From an uncultured cyanobacterium (GTDB taxonomy: Bacteria; Cyanobacteriota; Cyanobacteriia; Cyanobacteriales; Cyanobacteriaceae), in contig CAVQBA010000006.1 of the NCBI GenBank assembly GCA_963710605.1, positions 736,001-800,000 of the forward strand: 64,000 nucleotides of DNA. The letters run 5' to 3'. Under the pieces are notes generated by a model. The model was not told where the DNA came from. It ran no database searches and saw nothing but the letters and a program-made list of their open reading frames with translations. Position 1 is the first letter of the stretch; each line of letters starts with the position of its first letter. Shown here in pieces: positions 1 through 9,313 of this stretch. Position numbers and translations under genes: made by a program.

Positions 1-28
1 GTTTTGTACTGCCAAACCATGATTTTCA

Positions 29-62
29 AGAATTGAGAATGGAGAATTGAGAATTGAGAATT
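29..62. repeat. Heptamer tandem repeat (GAGAATT/GGAGAAT), STRR-like
   Basis: About 5 imperfect copies; the same unit recurs at 17898-17958 and 58943-59020. Confidence 0.8.
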
Positions 63-215
63 ATCTCTGACATGAAAAGAAGAAGAAGATTGATTGCTAC
101 TTTTTTTTCTTGTTTCTTTTTTTCAAGTAGAGGCTTTAAACCTTAATAATACAGTAATTAATAATTAATCATGAATAATTAAGAAGATTTTGTCAAAGTT
201 TGCTCTTTTAAAAAA

Positions 216-554
216 CTAGAATTTTTTATTCTTACTTAAATTTTTACTCCAAACACTGGTAATTAAGGCAAAACAAGTAATTAGATAAGTAGTGGTTAGT
301 ATCCCATTCATGTATAGTAATTTGAGTGACCATAAATCCCCACTGAGATTCCCACCGAGGCTAAGACTACTATAAATAATTAACCAGATTAAAGTTACTC
401 TAACTGATAAACGACTAGTTTTAATTTCTTGAGAGTCTAAATTGTTAGATGATTTGTTCGCTAATCTAATTCCTGCCCAGATAGCACCGACAAAAGGCAT
501 GAGATACAGAGATAGTTGAAGTTTATCTAAATTGTCTTGACGATCGTCTTTCAT
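216..554 (-). CDS. Small membrane protein, hypothetical
   Basis: 112-aa ORF with about 3 hydrophobic segments, just downstream of smpB. Confidence 0.7.
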   Translation of the reverse strand: MKDDRQDNLDKLQLSLYLMPFVGAIWAGIRLANKSSNNLDSQEIKTSRLSVRVTLIWLIIYSSLSLGGNLSGDLWSLKLLYMNGILTTTYLITCFALITSVWSKNLSKNKKF

Positions 555-587
555 AGCTAAATTATGATTAATAATAACATCGATCGA

Positions 588-1052
588 TTAAAAACGTTTC
601 ATTGCCCGAGCCATTTCTCTTTGGTCATCTCTACGCTTGACTGTTTCTCGTTTATCATGAAGTTTTTTACCTTTACCAACTCCTAGAAGTACTTTAACCC
701 AATCTTTTTTAAAATACATTTTTAAAGGTACTAAAGTCAAACCTTTTTCTTGTAATGAACCGATTAACTTATTGATTTCTTTTTTGTGTAATAATAATTT
801 ACGATCGCGTGTAGGTTCGTGATTAAAATACTTACCGCTGATCTCATAAGGCGAAATATGCACATTAGCCAACCAAGCTTCACCATCACGAATAAAAGCA
901 TAACCATCACGTAAATTTACTCTACCCGCACGGATTGATTTTACTTCCGTACCGACTAATTCAATACCAGCTTCGTAAGTATCGCTAATATGATACAAAT
1001 ATCTTGCTTGACGATTGTCACTGATAGCTTTTGTACGGGATTTATCACTCAT
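588..1052 (-). CDS. smpB: SsrA-binding protein SmpB
   Basis: NRQARYLY, EAGIELVGTEVKSIR, RKLLLHKKEI and GKGKKLHDKR motifs. Confidence 0.98.
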   Translation of the reverse strand: MSDKSRTKAISDNRQARYLYHISDTYEAGIELVGTEVKSIRAGRVNLRDGYAFIRDGEAWLANVHISPYEISGKYFNHEPTRDRKLLLHKKEINKLIGSLQEKGLTLVPLKMYFKKDWVKVLLGVGKGKKLHDKRETVKRRDDQREMARAMKRF

Positions 1053-1198
1053 TCAACCAGACCAATTAAAACGTAAATATTTTTGTAATTTCAAACAGTT
1101 TTTCTATTATAACGACAAATCAAAGAGATTAGGAAACAAAATATTTTTAGTCAAGGGATTTACTTACTTTTTGCTTTGATTTACTTGAAAAATAAAAC

Positions 1199-1307
1199 TA
1201 TAGCAATTATTAGTATTATGAAGTGCTTGCTCGATCCCCCTAAATCCCCCTTGACAAGGGGGACTTACAAATATAAACCGGACCTTATAAATGTGGGAAA
1301 CGCTATA
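1199..1307. repeat. MITE-like element with TATAGC...GCTATA ends around a GATCCCCCTAAATCCCCCTTGACAAGGGGGACTT hairpin
   Basis: Related copies at about 34947-35020, 37872-37905 (inverted), 40138-40172 and 41263-41340 (inverted). Confidence 0.65.
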
Positions 1308-1385
1308 TCATATTAAATAAATGTTAGATAATCGAACACCTTTAAAAATAACTGACCGTTTATTGGTCAAACTACTTTTCAATTC

Positions 1386-3102
1386 TTATCTACTTCTTTG
1401 CCACCATGTTGTGATAGCGGCGACTAAACTCAAAGCAGGAATAATTAAAAGTGCTAACCAACTAATTAAAATCGATTTGTTTCTACTCATATTCAAACGG
1501 CGATTAGTGGCTTGTTTAGGACTTATTGAAAGGGTTTGCTCGTTTTCGTTAGCTAACCAAGCGATCGAATTTAAGAAAAAATCACTATTGAGTTGTTGCC
1601 CAAACCAACCATCGGTGGCAAAATTACTATTACCAATTACAATCATTTTTTGAGTTGGTTGATTGTTGGTAATATTTTGCTCTGGAATTGCTGGTTTTTA
1701 TTGGCTGATTCGGGGTTTTTAGATCAGGTGGTTCTGGCAAATCATTTCCTCCTAAAGCTAAATCAGGAGGTGTTTGTGTTGATGTGGGCGGAGTATCTAT
1801 ATTTGGTTCTACTTCTTGTTGTGATTGATTTTCAGGTGTTGATGTTGATTCTTCTGTCTTAGTTTTGACAGAGGCAACAGCTAAAACTAATGGTGGTGGG
1901 ATGTCTTCTGTGGGATTAAATTCGACATTTTGTTCTTCTAAATCTGTTTCGCCCCATGATTGGTTGGTGGTGATGAGTAGTGGCGTAGTTTCAATATTAG
2001 CCATAGCAGTGGTTATAATCGGTTTTGCCCAAGGAAGAATTACCAAGCCTTCATCAAAACCTGTGGTGATAGGATGATCATTATAATTAAGGATAATGCT
2101 AATTGAAGGACCAAAACCAAAGACATCACCTGTACCCGAAGAATCGATCGCTAAACTATCATTAAGATTAATTCCCCATTGATTTAAGATATCGCCTAAA
2201 CTATTAGTACTTTGAGCATTAGACATGAGCAATAAGTTACCGCCTCGATCGATATATTGCTCTATTTTTTCTTTTTGCACTTGAGATAATTGTCCTTCTC
2301 CATCACTAACTAACAAAATATTAGTTGTAGGAGGTACAAGAGGTGATGTGGTTAAATTAAGTGGTTCGACGATATAACCTCGTTGGCTTAAACTTTCTAC
2401 AAGTTGAGCAAAACTTGTTTCTCCTCCTTGTTGTAATAGAGGTTCGCCATTTCCTTGTAAAATAGAAATCGTTGCTTGATTTTCTTTTTGAATAAATGCG
2501 ATCGCTTCTGTTAATTTAACTTCAGAAAGTCGATTTTCAGCCGAGACAATTTGGACTAGTTTACTTCTATTTTCGTATTCGAGATACACATCACCATTAC
2601 GAGTAACATTAAATTTTTGAGCTAAACTAATATCAACTTGAGGATCAACAAATTGATATTCAAATAAATTATTTATAGCTTGATAATCTTCGAGTATTTG
2701 TTTGTCTATTTCATTAATTGGTCGATCGAAAACATATACCTGTAAAGGGGCAGGAAGATTTTTGACTAACTGTTGGGTTTGAGGAGAAAGTGTAAAAAGT
2801 TGGTTTTCGGTTAAATCAATCTTGAGAGGATATTTAATTGCTAAAAAATTAATTAAGATAATAATTAAGACAATTGAAGTAGCAGAAACTATACCGTTAG
2901 TTGCTACTTCAGTATAACGCATTTGCCAAAAGCCTTTACTAGTAGAAACAAATAAAACTAAACTTGCTATAATGCAACCTATACCGATAACGATCGTTGT
3001 GACAATAACAGCAGAAGAACTATTGATAATTTGAATCGTGACAATTCCGATAAAAAGTAAAAAGATTCCTAATAAAAAAAGAAGATTGATATATATTTTC
3101 AT
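1386..3102 (-). CDS. GldG-family ABC transporter auxiliary protein, split by a 1-nt frameshift at about 1695-1699
   Basis: IDLTENQLFTLSPQT, GNGEP and VIGNSNFA motifs plus a C-terminal TM helix; removing one A from the A5 run joins ORFs 1630-3102 and 1386-1646. Confidence 0.85.
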
Positions 3103-3458
3103 ATTTACTCTAAACAGTCAACTTTACCCCTAATAAGATACGATCGTTTTTTGGCAAAATTATTAACTATTAAACAAAAACAAATTAATAATATAGTCAT
3201 TTTATCTGAGTTATGAAAAGTATTGACATAGATATTAATAATTTAGCCTGTAAATTACTCTAATAGTTGATATTTAATCACTGAAGTATTTATGAATTAA
3301 TAGTATATATTTGTTAACATCATAGTGCAAATTAGGCTTTTAATTATTAAGCTAAGAAGAGAATAAATTTGATGAGTGAGAAGTAATAACTAATAAATAG
3401 AATTAATTAATCTGAATTTTTTTCCAATAGTCAACTACTCCACTATTTTTAATTGACA

Positions 3459-4613
3459 ATGGCAACTATTTTAATCATAGACGATGATCCTACAGTGCAA
3501 ATGCTTTTGAGTAGAGCATTAGCTAAAAGTGGTTATGAGATACAAATTGCTAAAAATGGATTAGAAGGATTAAATCTCGCCAATCATTTAAAACCCGCTT
3601 TAGTTATTTGTGATTGGTTAATGCCTGAGTTATCAGGTTTAGAAGTCTGTCAAGAGATTAAAAAAAATGCTGATTTAGCTACTACTTTTTTTATTTTAAT
3701 CACCTCTCGTGTTTCTATTCAAGATCGAATACAAGGTTTAGATGCCGGTGCGGATGATTTTATTTGTAAACCGATCGATTTACAAGAATTAAAAGCCAGA
3801 GTTAGGGCAGGCTTAAGGTTACACCAATTAAGTGAAGATTTACACAAACAAAAACTACTTCTAGAAACAGAATTAAACGAAGCCGCAGAATATGTCAGTA
3901 ATCTTTTACCTGAGCCTTTTGAGGATGAAAAACTTAAAGTTGATTTTCGTTTTATTCCTTCTCGACAATTAGGTGGTGATATTTTTGATTATTTTTACTT
4001 AGACCAAGAAAATTTTGTCTTTTATTTATTAGATGTTTCTGGACATGGTTTAAAAGCCGCTTTACCTTCGATTTCGATCGTTAATTTATTAAGAAGTCGT
4101 AGTTTGGGTAACACCAATTATGCCCAACCACGTGATGTTTTAGCACATCTGAATGATTACTTTCAAATGACTATTAAAAATGACAAATATTTTACTATCT
4201 GGTATGGAGTCTATAACACGATAACCCAGAAACTTACATTTAGTAGTGCAGGACATCCACCTTGTATTGCAATTCATCTATCAAACAATAATCAGCCAAA
4301 TACTTATCAACGTTTAAAAACAAAAGGTATTCCTATAGGTATGTTTCCTAACCTTACCTATCAACAATCAAGTATCTATATTTCAAATACTACCGATTTA
4401 TACTTATTTAGTGATGGAGTTTATGAAATTCATAATCAAGCTGAAGAACTATTAGGTCTCAATAACTTTATCGGAATTTTGCAACAAAGTCATCATAACT
4501 TGCCAGAAATTTTGACAACTCTTAATATTTATAGCAGTAATTCTTATTTTCATGACGATTTATCAATTTTAAAATTAAGCCTTAACAATTTACCAGTAAT
4601 GAGTAATGAGTAA
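3459..4613 (+). CDS. Response regulator receiver fused to a PP2C/SpoIIE phosphatase (RsbU-like)
   Basis: REC domain (IIDDD, CDWLMP, KP) followed by GGDIFD, DVSGHG, FSDG and DD motifs. Confidence 0.93.
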   Translation: MATILIIDDDPTVQMLLSRALAKSGYEIQIAKNGLEGLNLANHLKPALVICDWLMPELSGLEVCQEIKKNADLATTFFILITSRVSIQDRIQGLDAGADDFICKPIDLQELKARVRAGLRLHQLSEDLHKQKLLLETELNEAAEYVSNLLPEPFEDEKLKVDFRFIPSRQLGGDIFDYFYLDQENFVFYLLDVSGHGLKAALPSISIVNLLRSRSLGNTNYAQPRDVLAHLNDYFQMTIKNDKYFTIWYGVYNTITQKLTFSSAGHPPCIAIHLSNNNQPNTYQRLKTKGIPIGMFPNLTYQQSSIYISNTTDLYLFSDGVYEIHNQAEELLGLNNFIGILQQSHHNLPEILTTLNIYSSNSYFHDDLSILKLSLNNLPVMSNE

Positions 4614-4745
4614 CGTCTTAAGAAGAGGATTCGAGAATCTTAGACAGAAATATGTGAGTGTTTCTTTTCGCCTTCAAAAATGGTTACTGAGCGGATTTGA
4701 GAAGTTCACTGTATTACGTTGTCGAAACTCAGCATAAATTCTCAA

Positions 4746-5645
4746 TTATTCCCCTAGACTAATTACATCATGAAAATTATTATCTTCGATGTAACGAGTA
4801 CCACTACTAGTCATTTTGACAATATCAACAAAACGATAATCCCACAAAATATCTTCAGCTAGATAAATATGACGACTGTGAATTGTTTGTGATACTGTAG
4901 CATCAATACCAACTAAAGTGATAAATATTTGGTAATCTCCTTCAAGGAATGAATCTTTACTGATAGCAAACAAAGGGCTGTGTTCATCAATTGGGTGCAT
5001 AATAACCCATGTTAAAGCCAGAAAAGGACTTTCATTTCTAACTAAAGGTAAATCATAAAGACGACGCATTTTATGCCCTTCTTTAGTAATTTCATCGGGT
5101 AATAGCAAACTAACTCGAATTTGAGCTTCTACAATCCAGTTATTACGCATATTAGCAACCCTAAACATCAAAGTTGAAATACCATTGTAAGGGCAAACAA
5201 CAGCCACATTACTAAACATCATCCTTGCTGTCGGGCGAGAAAAACGAGCAAACATCAAACTTGTCGCCATTGCAATTAATAATAAACCAAATAAGACCTC
5301 GATCGAGACTAAAAGGTGTGCATAACGAGTTTGAGGATACATTGCACCATAACCGATAGTAGCCATTGTCTGGACACTAAAAGCAAAAGCATCAAAAAAA
5401 GAAACTGCACTTTCGTGAGAAATAGAATCAGGTTGCAGTAAATAAGCACAGGCAAAAATACTGTTGAGTGAAAAGTAAACTACAGTAATTAAACAGAGAA
5501 ATTGCCACAACGGGATAGTTAATAAAAAGTGATATATATCATCCCAATCAAAAAAAGTTTCTCCTAATTTAACAAACTTATCGCCTTTTTTTCTTACAAC
5601 AATTGTTTTTGGTTTATTTTGTTGTAAGCGTTTTTTTCGCCCCAT
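4746..5645 (-). CDS. Inward-rectifier potassium channel (KirBac-like)
   Basis: TMATIGYG selectivity filter, FARFSRP, HPIDEHSPL. Confidence 0.93.
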   Translation of the reverse strand: MGRKKRLQQNKPKTIVVRKKGDKFVKLGETFFDWDDIYHFLLTIPLWQFLCLITVVYFSLNSIFACAYLLQPDSISHESAVSFFDAFAFSVQTMATIGYGAMYPQTRYAHLLVSIEVLFGLLLIAMATSLMFARFSRPTARMMFSNVAVVCPYNGISTLMFRVANMRNNWIVEAQIRVSLLLPDEITKEGHKMRRLYDLPLVRNESPFLALTWVIMHPIDEHSPLFAISKDSFLEGDYQIFITLVGIDATVSQTIHSRHIYLAEDILWDYRFVDIVKMTSSGTRYIEDNNFHDVISLGE

Positions 5646-5666
5646 TTTGTTTTAAAAAATTGTAGA

Positions 5667-7892
5667 TTATTGTGGTAGTAAATTATGTTGAATCAGACAA
5701 ATTTGAGATGCCATTTGTTTTGCTTCTTTTTTATTTTTACCGTATCCTATTGATTTTAATGTTTTTTGATGGTGGATGAAGGTAAGTGTACAAACAAAAA
5801 GGTTGTCAATCTCTTCAAATTGATAACTTAGTTTATCTTCAGGATTTAGTTGCGATAATTCGTTTAATTGAGATACCCAATTGTTGACATTAGGTTGAGC
5901 AAACTTAGGAGTAAAATTAATTGACAACTGTGTATTATCTAAAACTGCTGAATCAATTTCTGCGACAGGTTGAGGTTGCTTGATTAATTGCTGATTAATA
6001 TATGCTTGAATATAAGCTAACGCCGCTTTTTGTTTAGCTTGGCTTTTTTTAGTATCTAACCTTGGTATTGGATGAGTTAAGCCATCAATATAACAATAAG
6101 CAGAGTATTGTTTGGTTTGGGCTAGATAATCAATTTGATAGTCAATTTGGGTATTAGTTAGTTGTGAATGAATAAAGACAACTGAAATACCATCTATATT
6201 TGGATAATCAAAAAACTGATTAATTTTGGCGGTAAACCAAATTTTGTATAAATCTTTTGGCGGTAGTTTTTCTATTCGTTGCTCGATCGCTTTTAATACG
6301 TTATCATCATTAAGATCTGATTTAAGATAACGATCGATTATTTTTGAGAACTCTTTATCATCAATATTAGCCTTATTTTTAATCTGATCAAGATTAGTTT
6401 TTGTTTTTGTTTTTGGTTCAATAGTTAAAGGTTTAGTGATTAAATTATCTTCAATGTATCCTTTAATTGTTGCTAAAGCCGCTTTTTGTTTTGCTTTACT
6501 TTTTTTACTGTCTGCGACGGCTTCAATCGTCGTCAACCCATCAAGATAACAATGACACAAATGTATTTGTTGCGATTCAATATGTTTGTAAGTATAACTT
6601 ACCACTGTATCGTCTAATTGAGATCTGACTAACAAGACTGAAACTGTATCTATCTCTTCTTGCCAAAAATCATTTATTTTACCGACAAACCAAAGATAAT
6701 AAAAATCTTTAGGTTGTAATTCTTTAACTCTTAATTTTAATTGAGGAATAATAGTTTTTATTGTTGATTGATTAACACAATATTTTATTAAGTCTGACAA
6801 CTCTTCGCTGGATACATTAGCTACTTTTAATCGTTCTAAATTACTATACTTATATTCTAATTCTTGTTTTCTTCTTCCTTTTAAATAATTAGCTTTATCT
6901 AATTTTAATTGATTAGTATAATCATTAATATAAGTACAAATATCGCTTAATTCTAATAATGAATAGGGGGAAGATTTTTTTTGAAGAATTTGTTTTAAAA
7001 TACGATGATTTACTAAATCGACAAAACGGCGTAAAGGACTAGTAAAGTGAGTATAATTAATTAAACCTAAACTAACGTGAGACTTTGATATCGGTTCGTA
7101 TTGAGCAGGCACTAAACAATGCCCCATGTTTTTAATCGCTAATTTAAAATTGAGTGTACCAACATCTTGGGTTCGATAGATGGCTTGAATATCTTTTTGG
7201 GCTAAAAAATCAGCGATCGTTTTATTAGTTAAAATCATCAATTCAGCAATTAATTGATGGGCGTTAATATTGTCTTTAATTAAATTACCATCTTCATCTA
7301 TATAACCTTCTTCAGTTAAAATTCCTGACTTTCCGCCTCTATTTTTACTTATCAATTGCGATATTTTTTGCAGATTACAAAGTATTTTATGCTCAGGAAT
7401 CTTTTGTGGATTTTGCAGAATATTTTCTACTTCTTGATAACTAAAAGCTTTTTTGTTTGTAAAAATTGTCTCTTTTATTTCATAAGAATTAATCTTACCG
7501 TGACGATCGATAATAAAAAAAACTGTCATCGCTAAAGTCGGTTTATCTTCATCTAGCGAGCCTAAATTCGTACTAATTTTATGAGGTAACATCGGTGTGG
7601 GTGGCTGAGTATGATATAAAGTTACCACTCTTTGATTTGCTTCTAAATCGATCGGTGAATCTTTATTTACTAATTCAGAGACATCAGTGATACTAACTTG
7701 TAATTCATATTTATCGTCATCAAGAGGGATTAACCAAATACCGTCATCTCTATCTACTGTCGTCATATCATCAATTGTTATTCCCCATACAGGTAAACGA
7801 TGATGATAGTCATTCAAATTCAAGTTTATTTTTTGAGCTTGTACAATATGTTGTTGATCAAATTTTCTAGGTAGAATATTCACTTTCATCAA
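5667..7892 (-). CDS. RNB (RNase II/R family) nuclease with three C-terminal dsRBD-like modules
   Basis: TIDDMTTVDRDDG catalytic motif and HFTSPLRRFVDL; C-terminal motifs SKKSKAKQKAA, TKKSQAKQKAA and GYGKNKKEAKQMAS. Confidence 0.85.
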   Translation of the reverse strand: MMKVNILPRKFDQQHIVQAQKINLNLNDYHHRLPVWGITIDDMTTVDRDDGIWLIPLDDDKYELQVSITDVSELVNKDSPIDLEANQRVVTLYHTQPPTPMLPHKISTNLGSLDEDKPTLAMTVFFIIDRHGKINSYEIKETIFTNKKAFSYQEVENILQNPQKIPEHKILCNLQKISQLISKNRGGKSGILTEEGYIDEDGNLIKDNINAHQLIAELMILTNKTIADFLAQKDIQAIYRTQDVGTLNFKLAIKNMGHCLVPAQYEPISKSHVSLGLINYTHFTSPLRRFVDLVNHRILKQILQKKSSPYSLLELSDICTYINDYTNQLKLDKANYLKGRRKQELEYKYSNLERLKVANVSSEELSDLIKYCVNQSTIKTIIPQLKLRVKELQPKDFYYLWFVGKINDFWQEEIDTVSVLLVRSQLDDTVVSYTYKHIESQQIHLCHCYLDGLTTIEAVADSKKSKAKQKAALATIKGYIEDNLITKPLTIEPKTKTKTNLDQIKNKANIDDKEFSKIIDRYLKSDLNDDNVLKAIEQRIEKLPPKDLYKIWFTAKINQFFDYPNIDGISVVFIHSQLTNTQIDYQIDYLAQTKQYSAYCYIDGLTHPIPRLDTKKSQAKQKAALAYIQAYINQQLIKQPQPVAEIDSAVLDNTQLSINFTPKFAQPNVNNWVSQLNELSQLNPEDKLSYQFEEIDNLFVCTLTFIHHQKTLKSIGYGKNKKEAKQMASQICLIQHNLLPQ

Positions 7893-7904
7893 AATTTAAA
7901 ATAT

Positions 7905-8867
7905 ATGAACAAATATCGTCTTTTAAATCTATCTATTTTTTATTTCTTTACTATAAATACGATCGTTTTGATTTTACTTTCTTTATTAGGATATTTAGGA
8001 AAGTACAATATGTATTTAGAATTACTAACAAATTTCAAATTGCAATTATTTTTATTATCTTTAATTATCTTAGTCTTTTTTCTTTTGAAAAGGCATTTGT
8101 TAGGAATATTTTTAGCTTCTTTTTGTCTTTTAATAAACTCATTAGTAGTTATACCTTGGTATATTGGTTCATCTAATTTGAACTACAACTATAACAGTGA
8201 TCTTAAAGTTCTTGTGTTCAATGTTTTACATAACAACAAAAAATATGCCAACACTATTTCATTAGTAGAAACAGAAGTACCTGATATTGCTGTGTTTTTA
8301 GAAGCCAAATCTAGTTGGGTTGAATCCTTAGAATTATTATCTCCTAATTATCAATACCATTTGAGTTACCCAAAGTTACAAATAGAAATTTATAGTCAAA
8401 TACCTTTAAATAATACTCAAGTTGATGTGTATGGAGATTACCGAGGTGTAGTGACATCAAACTTTAATATTGCCGGAAAAGAATTAGTATTTATTGCAAC
8501 TCACGCTTATCCTCAGCTTTATTATGGCGTAGAGGGTTTTCAAATCAGAAACGATCAATTACTACAAGGTATAGGTAATTATGTTAATCAAATCTCAAAA
8601 CCTGTCATTTTAGTAGGTGATTTGAATGCGACAATGTGGTCACCTTTTTATCAAGAAATGATTAAAAATTCAAAGTTAAAAAATGCTCGTCAAGGGTTTG
8701 GTATATTACCAACTCAATCAAGTATTTCTCCTGATATAAGTTGGTTATCCATACCTTTAGATCATTGTTTAATTAGCGAGAAGATTCAAGTAAAAAATAT
8801 CAAAACAATCAGTAATATGGGTTCAGATCATTTACCTTTAATTATCGAATTAGGAATCAGTAGTTGA
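7905..8867 (+). CDS. Membrane-anchored endonuclease/exonuclease/phosphatase (EEP) family protein
   Basis: N-terminal TM helices, VFNV, ILVGDLNAT, LDHCL, GSDHLP. Confidence 0.9.
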   Translation: MNKYRLLNLSIFYFFTINTIVLILLSLLGYLGKYNMYLELLTNFKLQLFLLSLIILVFFLLKRHLLGIFLASFCLLINSLVVIPWYIGSSNLNYNYNSDLKVLVFNVLHNNKKYANTISLVETEVPDIAVFLEAKSSWVESLELLSPNYQYHLSYPKLQIEIYSQIPLNNTQVDVYGDYRGVVTSNFNIAGKELVFIATHAYPQLYYGVEGFQIRNDQLLQGIGNYVNQISKPVILVGDLNATMWSPFYQEMIKNSKLKNARQGFGILPTQSSISPDISWLSIPLDHCLISEKIQVKNIKTISNMGSDHLPLIIELGISS

Positions 8868-9037
8868 TAATTAGTAATTGGTAAAAGGCTAGGCATGACG
8901 GCGTACTTCCTTCACCGCAAATGACTTCAGGTAAGCATGCAAAGGTAAATTTTGCTCGAGAACGTAGTACCACAAAATTAATTGGATGTAGTGATACTTC
9001 AAAGTTTTATTGTGAGCAGAAGCATTTTCTCTCGTCG

Positions 9038-9114
9038 AGGGTGTAAGCCGTCCTGGTGGACATCCCTTGCGGGCGTGTAGCATCTGAGCGGAATTCCACC
9101 GCTTACACCCCTGC
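9038..9114 (-). mobile_element. REP-like hairpin carrying a 53-nt structured insert (9050-9102)
   Basis: Minus strand reads GCAGGGGTGTAA|GCGGTGGA...TCCACCAGGAC|GGCTTACACCCT. Confidence 0.7.
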
Positions 9115-9313
9115 CTTTGAAGGGGAGGATTCGGGATTATACAAATAATTTTGCATAGGTACTTATAGCCAATTAAATAAATTTAAGATTTAATTCTCCT
9201 AATTATAGCTCATCATCAATAAAAAAATCTTGCTAATCCTAACATCCCCAAAATCCTGATTAAGACAATGAGGAATTAAGTTATTACATCTGTGGCATAT
9301 CTCAACTAATTAA

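Noticed and set aside
1321-2077. Plus-strand ORFs 1321-1653, 1593-1862 and 1865-2077
   Set aside because: Antisense to the GldG-like gene. The same applies to other short ORFs lying within psbO, accD, tnpB, hsdR and the symporter
4746-8867. K+ channel, RNB-dsRBD and EEP genes as one defence system
   Set aside because: Spacing is tight, but the channel and EEP genes are common standalone genes; there is no evidence of linkage without synteny data
8889-9083. 64-aa ORF, or a HEARO/omega-RNA-like reading of this region
   Set aside because: The ORF starts inside a repeat insert. Only a short CTACGTT match to omega-RNA and no iscB nearby
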